This document shows positions 1-8,906 of a stretch of 64,000 nt of DNA, piece by piece. The translations under genes were made by a program, and so were the position numbers. Origin of the DNA: Candidatus Latescibacterota bacterium (GTDB lineage Bacteria; Latescibacterota; UBA2968); contig OZ242311.1 of the NCBI GenBank assembly GCA_965207885.1, forward strand, positions 4,256,001 through 4,320,000. Direction: 5' to 3'. The stretch's first letter is position 1. Each line of letters begins with the position of its first letter. Below the pieces are notes generated by a model. It was given only the letters and a program-made list of their open reading frames with translations. It was not told where the DNA came from and made no database searches.

Positions 1-614
1 CGGTAACAGCCACCACAGGACCCTTTGCGAACTGGTACAATGGCAATACCACCTTTAACAACTCTGCGGATGCGATTGTACATGCTTAAAGGACTGCGTT
101 CCACACCCGGTTCGATGGCTGACCGCTTCTTTTCCCAGGCACGCACATTTTTCTCTACAGAATTGAGTTTGACCGTCAATTCGTCAATGCGTTTTTGCCG
201 GTCTTCTTCGATTTCCTGGTAGTAATCTTTGTCTTCGTGGAGTTTTTCCACAATTTTTTCAACTGTATCGATACTTTCCAAAATGGCGGTTTCGTGTTGG
301 TCTTTGCGATCATGGAGAGTTGCGATTTCGAGTTGCAAAGCATCGTACTCTTTATTGGTCTTTACTTCATAGAGACGATCTTGATGTTTTTTCAGATCTT
401 CTTCAATTGCGCTGAGTTCCCTTTCAAGTGCCCGGCGATCTTTTTCGAGTTCTTCACTGCGCTGTTGCTGGGCGTCGAGTTGATCGCGTGCATCTTGCAG
501 TTCTGTTTTGAGACCATTGATTTCTTTGGGGTAATCTATTTGAGATTGGTGCAACGCGTTGATTTCTTTGTCGATTTCTTGAAGTTTCAGCAAATTAACC
601 AAACTCTCTCTCAT
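1..614 (-). CDS. C4-type zinc-ribbon domain coiled-coil protein (DUF164/CT398-like), 3' end outside window
   Basis: Own translation of the minus strand from ATG at 614: MRESLVNLLKLQEIDKEI...VKTNKEYDALQLEI...MYNRIR...GIAIVPVRKGSCGGCYR. Absent from the ORF track because its stop lies outside the window. Confidence 0.85.
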   Translation of the reverse strand, partial: MRESLVNLLKLQEIDKEINALHQSQIDYPKEINGLKTELQDARDQLDAQQQRSEELEKDRRALERELSAIEEDLKKHQDRLYEVKTNKEYDALQLEIATLHDRKDQHETAILESIDTVEKIVEKLHEDKDYYQEIEEDRQKRIDELTVKLNSVEKNVRAWEKKRSAIEPGVERSPLSMYNRIRRVVKGGIAIVPVRKGSCGGCY

Positions 615-733
615 GCGCGGGTCTCCTCGTGAAACGTAAAAAAGAAAAGGTGCTACCCTGAGCAGGTGCACCTTTCTATGGCCGTTTTTGCTACAACTTG
701 AACCTCTTGATCTGTTGACAAGAAGTTTTGGAA

Positions 734-810
734 TGGTGGGCGATACTGGATTTGAACCAGTGACCTCCGGTATGTGAAACCGGCACTCTAACCAACTGAG
801 CTAATCGCCC
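734..810 (-). tRNA. tRNA-Val (anticodon CAC)
   Basis: Minus strand reads GGGCGATTAGCTCAGTTGGTTAGAGTG-CCGGT-TTCACAT-ACCGG-AGGTCACTGGTTCAAATCCAGTATCGCCCACCA, with D loop, T loop and encoded CCA. Confidence 0.97.
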
Positions 811-951
811 AATTTCGCAATAATACCGCACAGAACGACCGACCTTTTTTTGATATTTTACAGGAAATTTTGCAATGCATTTTAATTAACAAAAGATAGT
901 TTGGGATGTCAAGCCCGATTCGTGAAATCAGGCCCTTTCGCATCCCCGCAT

Positions 952-1716
952 TTACGCACTTTCTTCCAACTGCACAGTATCGGGCCGCTGACCTATTGAT
1001 GGTGGAGCCATTAAGCGAACCTGTTGTGTCGTCAAATTTTCATAATCATCGACATTGTAATACGTATTTGCCCACGATGAATGTCCGGGGCTGTATTTAT
1101 ACAAAAATGCTCGACGCTCGTGATCAGCTGTCCACGGCATCGTTCCGTGAACCACCGCCTCAGTAAAAATCAACGCATCCCCTGCGTTCACTTCGGGCTG
1201 TACCACATAATGGGGTACCCGTTCATACTCCCGCACATCCCGTGGAATGCTATTCAAAAAATTGGTCTTGTGCGTGCCGGGAATACAACAAAACCCACCA
1301 TCGCCTTTGCGTGCAGGTGTCGTAAAAAAGGTTACCACCGTCAACCCGGTTCGAATAACACCATCGCGGTATTTGTACCAATGATCGCCCTCGCGCCCAT
1401 TATCGCCCCCGTGCAATCGCCCTCGCTGCCCCCCTTTTTGCATAAAAATGCTGTAATCGTGATCAATCCGCACCTTTGGTCCCAAAAATGCCAGCAAATA
1501 AGGCATAATCTTCGGGTGATCCAGCAAATTTTGAAAAGGTATCCCCCACGTTGAGGGCCGTCCCACACTGCGATATTTGCCATCTACCGCCTTCATCTTC
1601 TCATCGGCAATCGCATTCAGTTCATCCACTTCCCCCTCTGAAAGCACATTCTCAATCACAATATAGCCATCTAAATCAAAGACAAATTTCTCTTCAATAT
1701 CCACCGATAACGGCAT
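952..1716 (-). CDS. Phytanoyl-CoA dioxygenase (PhyH) family protein
   Basis: FDLDGYIVIENVLS start, LHGG, DGGFCCIPGTHK and AGDALIFTEAVVHG motifs. Confidence 0.85.
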   Translation of the reverse strand: MPLSVDIEEKFVFDLDGYIVIENVLSEGEVDELNAIADEKMKAVDGKYRSVGRPSTWGIPFQNLLDHPKIMPYLLAFLGPKVRIDHDYSIFMQKGGQRGRLHGGDNGREGDHWYKYRDGVIRTGLTVVTFFTTPARKGDGGFCCIPGTHKTNFLNSIPRDVREYERVPHYVVQPEVNAGDALIFTEAVVHGTMPWTADHERRAFLYKYSPGHSSWANTYYNVDDYENLTTQQVRLMAPPSIGQRPDTVQLEESA

Positions 1717-1926
1717 GCTTCACTCCTTTAGATATGGACACAAACAGTCGAATTTACCACAAGATAACCACCTCAATCACCCGCGTCAAAAGCATTTGAA
1801 ACTGCATCAGCCGATAACTCAAAACCTTCGTTATACAGTGTGCTTTGTTCCTTGCGTATGTCGAGAAACCGAGCTATTTTTCAGAACACTGAATGAATTG
1901 AAGAAATAAAAACAAAAGGAGCATTG

Positions 1927-3714
1927 ATGCAGAAGGATTATTCTGAAGTCAAAGGTCAACTGCGAAGTCAAGAGTGGTTTAACAACCCGCACAACATGGG
2001 CATGACAGCCGTCTATGTCGAACGCTACATGAACTACGGCTGGACGCGTGAAGAACTCCAATCGGGCAAACCCGTTATCGGCATCGCGCAAACAGGGGGC
2101 GATCTCACCCCCTGCAATCGCATTCACGTCGAATTGGTCGATCGCGTCAAAGCAGGTATCCGCGACAACGGCGGCATACCCTTTGAATTTCCCGTACACC
2201 CCATTGCAGAACAGGGCAAAAGGCCCACGGCTGCCCTCGACCGCAACCTCGCGTACCTCGGACTGGTCGAAATCCTGCACGGCTATCCCATTGACGGCGT
2301 CGTCCTCACCACAGGATGCGACAAAACGACACCCGCCTGCATCATGGCCGCCTGCACCATGAACCTCCCCTCCATCGTCCTGTCTGGTGGTCCCATGCTC
2401 GATGGGCACTGGCGCGGTCGTCTGGCCGGATCGGGCACGGTTGTCTGGGAAGCCCGCGAACGCTACGCAGCTGGTGAAATCGACTACGACGGATTCATGG
2501 ATATCGTCACATCATCCTCGCCCAGTGTGGGCCATTGCAACACAATGGGAACCGCCTTATCCATGAACGCATTGGCCGAAGCACTTGGACTATCGCTTAC
2601 CGGATGTGCGGCCATCCCCGCACCCTATCGCGCCCGCAAGCAAATGGCCTATCGCACTGGCCTGCGCATCGTCGATATGGTCAAAGAAGATCTCATCCCC
2701 GACAAGGTCCTCACGCCTGAAGCCTTCCAAAACGCCATTGTCGTCAACTCTGCGCTCGGCGGTTCAACCAATGCGCCGGTTCACATCACCGCCATAGCGC
2801 GACACATCGGGCTGGAACTGCCAGCAAAAGACTGGCAAACCCATGGTCACCACATTCCCCTCCTCGTCAACTGCCAGCCCGCAGGCGAATACCTCGGCGA
2901 AGCCTTTTACCGCGCTGGTGGCGTGCCCGCCGTCATGGCCGAACTCGTCAAAGCCGGCAAACTCCACACCCACTGCCAGACCGTCACCGGCAAAACCATA
3001 GGCGAAAATCTCAAAGACATCGCCATTGAAGACGAGCGCGTCATCAAGCCCTATGAACAACCCTTAAAAGAAAACGCCGGATTCATTGTACTCAGCGGCA
3101 ACCTCTTTGAAGCGGGCTTGCTCAAAACCTCCGTAATTGGCGACGACTTTCGCAAAAAATATCTCCAGCGCGCAGGCGATGAAAACGCCTGGGAAGGCAC
3201 AGCTGTGGTCTTCGATGGTCCCGAAGATTATCACCACCGCATCAACGATCCCGATTTGCCCATCGACGAAAATTCCATGCTCTTCGTGCGCTATTGCGGC
3301 CCCGTGGGCTATCCCGGCTCAGCCGAAGTCGTCAACATGCTCCCGCCCGACCGCCTCGTGCAGGCGGGCATTTCCGAACTGCCCTGCATCGGCGATGGGC
3401 GTCAAAGCGGCACTTCTGCCAGCCCGTCCATACTCAACGCCTCTCCCGAAGCCACAGTGGGCGGTGGCCTTGCCTTTCTCAAAACGGGCGACCGCGTGCG
3501 TATCGACCTCAACACATGCACGGCCAATGTCCTCGTCACCGATCAGGAACTCGCGCAACGCAAAAAGGACTGGAAACAACCCGATCTGGTCCACCAGACA
3601 CCCTGGCAGGAAATCTATCGCCAAAATGTGGGACAACTCGCCGATGGCGCATGTATGGAACTGGCCGTCAAATACCAGAATGTGCGCGACAACACCCCTC
3701 GCCATTCGCATTAA
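1927..3714 (+). CDS. IlvD/Edd family dehydratase (sugar-acid/xylonate dehydratase-like)
   Basis: TPCN, GCDKTTP, GHCNTMGTA, GGSTNA and GDGRQSGT motifs; RBS AAGGAG. Confidence 0.92.
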   Translation: MQKDYSEVKGQLRSQEWFNNPHNMGMTAVYVERYMNYGWTREELQSGKPVIGIAQTGGDLTPCNRIHVELVDRVKAGIRDNGGIPFEFPVHPIAEQGKRPTAALDRNLAYLGLVEILHGYPIDGVVLTTGCDKTTPACIMAACTMNLPSIVLSGGPMLDGHWRGRLAGSGTVVWEARERYAAGEIDYDGFMDIVTSSSPSVGHCNTMGTALSMNALAEALGLSLTGCAAIPAPYRARKQMAYRTGLRIVDMVKEDLIPDKVLTPEAFQNAIVVNSALGGSTNAPVHITAIARHIGLELPAKDWQTHGHHIPLLVNCQPAGEYLGEAFYRAGGVPAVMAELVKAGKLHTHCQTVTGKTIGENLKDIAIEDERVIKPYEQPLKENAGFIVLSGNLFEAGLLKTSVIGDDFRKKYLQRAGDENAWEGTAVVFDGPEDYHHRINDPDLPIDENSMLFVRYCGPVGYPGSAEVVNMLPPDRLVQAGISELPCIGDGRQSGTSASPSILNASPEATVGGGLAFLKTGDRVRIDLNTCTANVLVTDQELAQRKKDWKQPDLVHQTPWQEIYRQNVGQLADGACMELAVKYQNVRDNTPRHSH

Positions 3715-3726
3715 ACCTACTGCATC

Positions 3727-4407
3727 GTGATATTTCCGACCCCCGAGGAATATACCGTCCTCATCCTATCGCTTAAAGTAGGCCTGCTCTGCGTGGTTAT
3801 AAGCCTGCCCTTTGCCGTATTGTTGGGATGGGTGCTGGCACGCAAAAACTTTCGGGGCAAGCTCGTCCTCGACGGTCTGTGTCACCTGCCCCTTGTATTG
3901 CCGCCTGTAGTTGTCGGGTATCTACTCCTTCTCCTGTTGGGACGCAGAGGTTTTCTGGGTCAAATTTTGAGCGACTGGTTTGGATTGCAAATCGCATTTA
4001 CCTGGCGAGGTGCTGTATTAGCCGCTGCTGTAGTGGGTTTTCCACTCATGTTAAGAGCTGTTCGCCTCGCCATCGAAAGTGTTGACCCCCGCCTTGAGCG
4101 CGCTGCTCGTACCCTGGGAGCCAATCCGCTCCGCGCCTTTTTCTCCATAACGCTGCGCCTGGCCACCCCGGGCGTACTCGTTGGCTCCCTCCTCACATTT
4201 GCCCGCAGCCTTGGCGAATTTGGCGCCACCATCACCTTTGTTTCCAATATTGCCGGCGAAACCCGCACACTCCCACTCGCCATTTTCACGTACATCAACC
4301 AGCCCGATGGCGAAGCTGCTGCCGCACGCCTCGTCTTACTCTCCATCATCCTATCCCTGGGCGCACTCATCGCCAGTGAGACTATCGCCCGCAAAATGAA
4401 AAATTAA
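3727..4407 (+). CDS. modB: Molybdate ABC transporter permease
   Basis: LPLVLPPVVVGY and FARSLGEFGAT motifs. Confidence 0.93.
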   Translation: MIFPTPEEYTVLILSLKVGLLCVVISLPFAVLLGWVLARKNFRGKLVLDGLCHLPLVLPPVVVGYLLLLLLGRRGFLGQILSDWFGLQIAFTWRGAVLAAAVVGFPLMLRAVRLAIESVDPRLERAARTLGANPLRAFFSITLRLATPGVLVGSLLTFARSLGEFGATITFVSNIAGETRTLPLAIFTYINQPDGEAAAARLVLLSIILSLGALIASETIARKMKN

Positions 4408-4413
4408 AACATC

Positions 4414-5475
4414 ATGCTCACCCTTTGTGTACACAGGCAACTCGCCGAATTTACCCTCGAAATCAATGTGACATGTGCCTATCCCGTCACCGCGATATTT
4501 GGACCTTCAGGATCTGGCAAAACCACCCTCTTGAATCTCATAAGCGGCCTGATGCGACCAGATAGCGGTCAAATCAGCATTGATGACACCATTTTATTTC
4601 ACGCTAAAAAAGGCATTGACCTGCCACCGGAAAAGCGACGTATAGGCCACGTATTTCAAGACGATTTGCTCTTTCCACACCTGACCGTGCGCCAAAATCT
4701 CCTGTACGGGTATCAATTTCTCGAGCCATCAGAACGCAAATTTCACCCCGACACCATTATCGACCTGCTCGAACTAAACACCCTGCTCGACCGCCTCCCA
4801 AATCTCCTCTCTGGCGGTGAACGCCAGCGCGTCGCTCTGGGGCGAGCCATCCTGACTGCTCCCAGATTACTCATCATGGATGAACCCCTGACCGCGCTCG
4901 ATCAAGAGCTCAAAGACCGCATCATGCCCTATCTGCGCCACATTCGCACGGATCTGGGCATCCCCATGCTCTACGTCAGCCACGCAATTGGTGAAATTCT
5001 ACAACTCACCGGACAGGTCATTGTGCTCAATCGCGGACAAGTACTCGCGCATGGAGACTTCTTTTCTATCGCTCACCAGCCCAAAATTCTGCCCCTGCTC
5101 GAAGCGCATGGTTTTGAAAATGTCCTGCCCGTTGAAGTCATCGCATCCAATCGCGTGCAATACAACAACCAAATCCTCCATATCCCCCCCTGTGACCGCA
5201 GACCGGGCACACATATCTTTATAGGCATCCGGGCAAACGACATCATTTTGTGCCAACAACGACCTGCGGGTTTAAGCATTCGCAACGCCCTCTCTGGAAG
5301 GATTCTCGACATCGTTGAAACGCATGGGCGACGCCTCGTGTACATCGATGTGGGCAAACGCCTCGCCGCCGAAGTCACGTCCGAAGCGATAGAGGAATTG
5401 GCTTTAAAAATCGGCGATCCCGTAATTTGCCTGATAAAAACACACGCCATTCGCATAGGCCCAGATATCTCTTGA
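4414..5475 (+). CDS. modC: Molybdate ABC transporter ATP-binding protein
   Basis: Walker A GPSGSGKT, signature LSGGERQR, C-terminal TOBE-like SIRN...LIKT. Confidence 0.93.
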   Translation: MLTLCVHRQLAEFTLEINVTCAYPVTAIFGPSGSGKTTLLNLISGLMRPDSGQISIDDTILFHAKKGIDLPPEKRRIGHVFQDDLLFPHLTVRQNLLYGYQFLEPSERKFHPDTIIDLLELNTLLDRLPNLLSGGERQRVALGRAILTAPRLLIMDEPLTALDQELKDRIMPYLRHIRTDLGIPMLYVSHAIGEILQLTGQVIVLNRGQVLAHGDFFSIAHQPKILPLLEAHGFENVLPVEVIASNRVQYNNQILHIPPCDRRPGTHIFIGIRANDIILCQQRPAGLSIRNALSGRILDIVETHGRRLVYIDVGKRLAAEVTSEAIEELALKIGDPVICLIKTHAIRIGPDIS

Positions 5476-5651
5476 GGCCTGCGCCTCCTCCATCTCTCTA
5501 CGAAAAAAAACAAAATTTCTGAAACCCATTCACAACCTGCACTGTCTATTTATGTGACATTGGGTAACTATTTTCTTATTTTTCGTTCCAAAGTGCATCC
5601 AAAGGTATGTAACAGTGAAGATGAAATTTGTAAAAAATTCCGATTTCTTCC

Positions 5652-5680
5652 TTGACGTATCGGAGTTCTCTAACTATCTT
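5652..5680 (+). promoter_or_regulatory. Putative sigma70 promoter
   Basis: TTGACG (5652-5657), 17-bp spacer, TATCTT (5675-5680). Confidence 0.55.
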
Positions 5681-5939
5681 TTTGAAGCTGAACAGTATTG
5701 TTGCAATCCACCAATCTCAAACAGGGAATCCATCGTGTATATCCGTAAACCCGCACCACAGGGCTGAGTCTCCTGGAACGACATCCCGGTAACACCTTTA
5801 CACAAGAGATTTTCGTGTTCAATCTCGCCATTGTTGCCTTTAACAGTCCTATCCAGGATAGCTCGCAATTTGAATTGCACGCGCTCTTATTGCGCCTGGG
5901 GAGGACCATATGGCTTGTTGAATGCATCACAAAGACACT

Positions 5940-5964
5940 GCCATCCTCACCGGATGGCTTTTTT
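5940..5964 (+). terminator. Intrinsic terminator 1 of the leader region
   Basis: GCCATCC-tcacc-GGATGGC followed by T6. Confidence 0.7.
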
Positions 5965-5967
5965 AAT

Positions 5968-6006
5968 GGCCACAGCGCAAAACGAGACGCGGTGGCCCTT
6001 TTTTTT
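5968..6006 (+). terminator. Intrinsic terminator 2 of the leader region
   Basis: GGCCAC-agcg...cgcg-GTGGCC followed by C and T8. Confidence 0.65.
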
Positions 6007-6098
6007 CACAGGAGGTACTATGATTATTTGACAAACGATTGGTAAACAAATATCTGGCTCACCATTTCTCCCCCTTCACCAGAGAAAGGAGATTTGAT

Positions 6099-6203
6099 AT
6101 GATGTCAGTACAAACAGAAAGGCCCTCACGCGAGTCTTTGGCGGGACGACGTGAGGACCCCAGATCACACCGACAAGTACATGCGGTGTTCCGCATAATT
6201 TAG
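6099..6203 (+). CDS. Putative 34-aa small protein (MMSVQTERPSRESLAGRREDPRSHRQVHAVFRII)
   Basis: Strong SD AAGGAGA upstream of ATG 6099; below the ORF-track length cutoff. Confidence 0.4.
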   Translation: MMSVQTERPSRESLAGRREDPRSHRQVHAVFRII

Positions 6204-6254
6204 GACAAATTTCCGATAACTGCAAATGGAATCACAAACTTGTGGAGAAATTAG

Positions 6255-6452
6255 ATGCAAACATGGAAGGATGTATTCCGCAGAAAAGAGGAATTGCAAA
6301 ATCTGAAAAACATCGGATTCTGCTTTCTGATTGTCGTTGCCCTCATCACGGGTTCTTATGCCCTGACGGGGTTGCGCGACATTTTTCAAGTCTCGCTTGC
6401 GGAGCCTACCGAGTGGGAAATCACCGCAACGCCTGACGATATTGACGAATAA
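6255..6452 (+). CDS. Small single-pass membrane protein (65 aa)
   Basis: SD GGAG; one hydrophobic segment IGFCFLIVVALITGSYAL; acidic tail. Confidence 0.6.
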   Translation: MQTWKDVFRRKEELQNLKNIGFCFLIVVALITGSYALTGLRDIFQVSLAEPTEWEITATPDDIDE

Positions 6453-6500
6453 ACGACCATTCCGCAGAGAAATTGATAACCATTCACCAGAGGATTAACC

Positions 6501-7082
6501 ATGCAGTACGCAGAAGAGCGGGATCTGGTGCGCCGCACATTAAATGGCGATGCCGGGGCTTTCAACAGCCTTTACAAACGCCATCACGCCCGAATTCTCG
6601 CCACACTAATTGGACGAACCAGAAATCGACACGATGCTGAAGATTTGATGCAAGTGACTTTCTTGCGCGCCTATCGCGGTTTGTCCGGGTTCCGCGGGGA
6701 GGCTGCGTTTTCAACCTGGCTGATGCAAATTGCCCTGAATGTGTGTACCACGCACATGCGATCCAAACAAGCCCGTCGATCGTGGCAGCAAACCATTGAA
6801 GATCCACAACTCGGTTATCGAGATACATGGGAGCCGGCCAATACAGAGCGTCCCGACGATGCATTGTCTCGAAAAGAATGCCGCGAGATGCTCGAAGAGA
6901 GCATAGAAGAACTGCCGCAGCGATATCGCCATGCCGTGCGATTGCGCTATGTACAGGATCGATCTTATGCAGAAATTGCCAGAGAACTCGGCGTGCCGAT
7001 GGGCACCCTGAAAACCTGGCTTCATCGCGCGCGACACCAGTTGCAAGAATCTCTTAATGACACGGAACTTGCGGCAATGTAA
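6501..7082 (+). CDS. ECF (sigma70 group 4) RNA polymerase sigma factor
   Basis: DAEDLMQVTFLRAY...FSTWLMQIALN (region 2); SYAEIARELGVPMGTLKTWLHRAR (region 4). Confidence 0.93.
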   Translation: MQYAEERDLVRRTLNGDAGAFNSLYKRHHARILATLIGRTRNRHDAEDLMQVTFLRAYRGLSGFRGEAAFSTWLMQIALNVCTTHMRSKQARRSWQQTIEDPQLGYRDTWEPANTERPDDALSRKECREMLEESIEELPQRYRHAVRLRYVQDRSYAEIARELGVPMGTLKTWLHRARHQLQESLNDTELAAM

Positions 7083-7147
7083 AACGTCTTACAACGTGTT
7101 AGCGCAACAGCCATTAAATTTTAACAACCGAAGGAGAAATTCATTTT

Positions 7148-7360
7148 ATGCACTGCGACATTTGCGGGCGCGAAAACGCGCACATCCACAAAATCGACCG
7201 CATGTATGGCAAGGGGAAACACACCGTCACCATTCGCAATATTCCCCTTGCGATATGTTCGACCTGTGATGAACGCTATTTTGCGCCTCGCATACCCGAC
7301 AAAGCCGAGCAACTGAGTCCAGTACTTCACAAACACTCAGAGTCGTCCTGTCTTGTATAA
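7148..7360 (+). CDS. YgiT/MqsA-type zinc-finger protein
   Basis: CDIC...IRNIPLAICSTCDERYF; SD AAGGAG. Confidence 0.75.
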   Translation: MHCDICGRENAHIHKIDRMYGKGKHTVTIRNIPLAICSTCDERYFAPRIPDKAEQLSPVLHKHSESSCLV

Positions 7361-7370
7361 ACAAGCAGCT

Positions 7371-7407
7371 AAAAAAAGCCGCCGATAGATGTACCGGCGG
7401 CTTTTTT
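7371..7407. terminator. Bidirectional intrinsic terminator
   Basis: A7-GCCGCCG...CGGCGGC-T6. Confidence 0.8.
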
Positions 7408-7517
7408 GTGTTCGTTTTCGGACACTACTGTATCAAAATCGGACACTTATCCATAACCTATTGATTTTATTTTTTTAAAAAAGTTTAATTGTTTTCCATT
7501 AAACTATAAAATTTTCC

Positions 7518-7546
7518 TTGACACCTGTTCTTTTGTTTAGTATTTT
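7518..7546 (+). promoter_or_regulatory. sigma70 promoter overlapped by a degenerate LexA-like box
   Basis: TTGACA (7518-7523), 17 bp, TATTTT (7541-7546); tgACAccTGTTC at 7519-7530 matches GAAC-N4-GTTC at 6 of 8 defined positions. Confidence 0.5.
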
Positions 7547-7590
7547 TGTGCATAGAACGTTGAGTCATAATTCCTTGACAGGAGGTAATC

Positions 7591-7887
7591 ATGGCAAGCA
7601 TTAAGGTTCAGACCGAGCAGGATATTAGGGAAATTCTACTGTCCGATTTGAGTCGAGATTTGCTCAAAGTTGCCGATCGCATCCAGGCCGAGATGCCGCA
7701 GGTGCCTTTTGATGCCATTCGCCCCGAAGCCATGGCGCGCATCGAAGCCGCTGAACAAGCTGTCGATACTCTGGCACGAGATTTGACCCAGGGCCAGGGG
7801 GAACTCACTGAATGGCATGGTGCCCTGACGAATTACGAATCGGCCTGGTTTCAGGTCATAGAGTCTTTAGGCGTCCGCAATAATTAA
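7591..7887 (+). CDS. Hypothetical alpha-helical protein (98 aa)
   Basis: Strong SD AGGAGG; clean ORF directly after the promoter. Confidence 0.8.
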   Translation: MASIKVQTEQDIREILLSDLSRDLLKVADRIQAEMPQVPFDAIRPEAMARIEAAEQAVDTLARDLTQGQGELTEWHGALTNYESAWFQVIESLGVRNN

Positions 7888-7973
7888 ATCGCAACCCATA
7901 TATTCACGTTTATTTTCGGCAATAAATAACCCGTTGTGTTGCCGATTTCCACGAAAGTAAAGGAGAGATAGCA

Positions 7974-8702
7974 ATGTCCCAGCGAGATATGAAGGCGAAT
8001 AACTCAAATATGACTGCGACAGCAGCCCAAACTATCGACCATATCAAGAAGCAGATTGCAGAGTCTGAAGGTTTCCCCATTGAGAAGATCGATGAGTTTG
8101 TAGTGTTCATCCAGAACGATCCCTACATCACGTCTGCGGGTTTGCAGTACAAAATGTTGCAAACCTATAAGGCTGGCAAATTCGCAGTACAGGCTGTAAT
8201 GCCTTCCAAAGAAGAATACGCTCTGTTGCGGCGGATGATGGGATTAAAAGATGAGGAACCGCTGGTGGTAATGCGCGGTGAGGTGTGGGTCGAGGGACTT
8301 GCGCGTCCTTTTGTCGATTACGGCACCACAACGCCTAAGAATCTCAAAGGATTTGTGCGATTTTCAGATTACCCACTCGAAATGGCGACGCGACGCGCCA
8401 CCAATCGGGCGATGCGTTTGGCTACCGCGACGGGGATGTGTTCTGTCGATGAGCTACAGGTAGCCACAGATGCCGCCAGCGATGTTGGAGAGGAGTACAA
8501 CAGTTCATCTGCCACGCAAAGTCAGATTGATCTGATTAAAAATCTGGGGCGCAGTCCACGGCTAACCGAGCGAGAACGCGAGCGATTGAAAACCCAGATT
8601 GAAGGTGGATTGGACAAGCGCCAAGCATCCGAATTGATCCAAAAAATAAAAGCGAGGTTAGACGCTCGGCGCAAAGCCGATGCACAACCTATTGCAGCTT
8701 GA
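7974..8702 (+). CDS. Putative RecT/Rad52-like single-strand annealing protein
   Basis: PYITSAGL near the N-terminus, beta-strand block VVMRGEVW...FVDYG, helix EMATRRATNRAMRLA, C-terminal ATQSQIDLI...ASELI helical module; SD AAGGAG. Confidence 0.6.
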   Translation: MSQRDMKANNSNMTATAAQTIDHIKKQIAESEGFPIEKIDEFVVFIQNDPYITSAGLQYKMLQTYKAGKFAVQAVMPSKEEYALLRRMMGLKDEEPLVVMRGEVWVEGLARPFVDYGTTTPKNLKGFVRFSDYPLEMATRRATNRAMRLATATGMCSVDELQVATDAASDVGEEYNSSSATQSQIDLIKNLGRSPRLTERERERLKTQIEGGLDKRQASELIQKIKARLDARRKADAQPIAA

Positions 8703-8776
8703 TTTTGAGCCGGTTGTAGCGCGCATTCTTTCGTCAGGGGAGAGGGGAAGGATTTAGCGTACAACCGGCACTTAAT

Positions 8777-8812
8777 AAAAAAGCGGGAGCTCTATAAGAG
8801 CCCCGCTTTTTT
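8777..8812. terminator. Bidirectional intrinsic terminator
   Basis: A6-GCGGGAGCTC-tataa-GAGCCCCGC-T6. Confidence 0.8.
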
Positions 8813-8906
8813 GTTTTCTACGGCAAATAGTGCCCTCTTGTGCTTTCGTTTCCTTTTGTGTATCATGGAGCAATGTGCAAACGATCAAAAATGCGATAAA
8901 AGGCGT

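Noticed and set aside
195-632. Hydrophobic 145-aa plus-strand ORF
   Set aside because: Antisense shadow of the coiled-coil zinc-ribbon gene.
734-810. tRNA-Val as an integration site
   Set aside because: No integrase nearby and no duplicate of the tRNA 3' end was seen in the window.
5718-5800. Cobalamin- or TPP-riboswitch-like words (AACAGGGAATCC; GGGCTGAG...CCGGTAACACC)
   Set aside because: The remaining conserved elements (B12 box; GAACCTGAT and the P1 pairing) are missing and downstream genes do not fit. An Rfam scan would be decisive.
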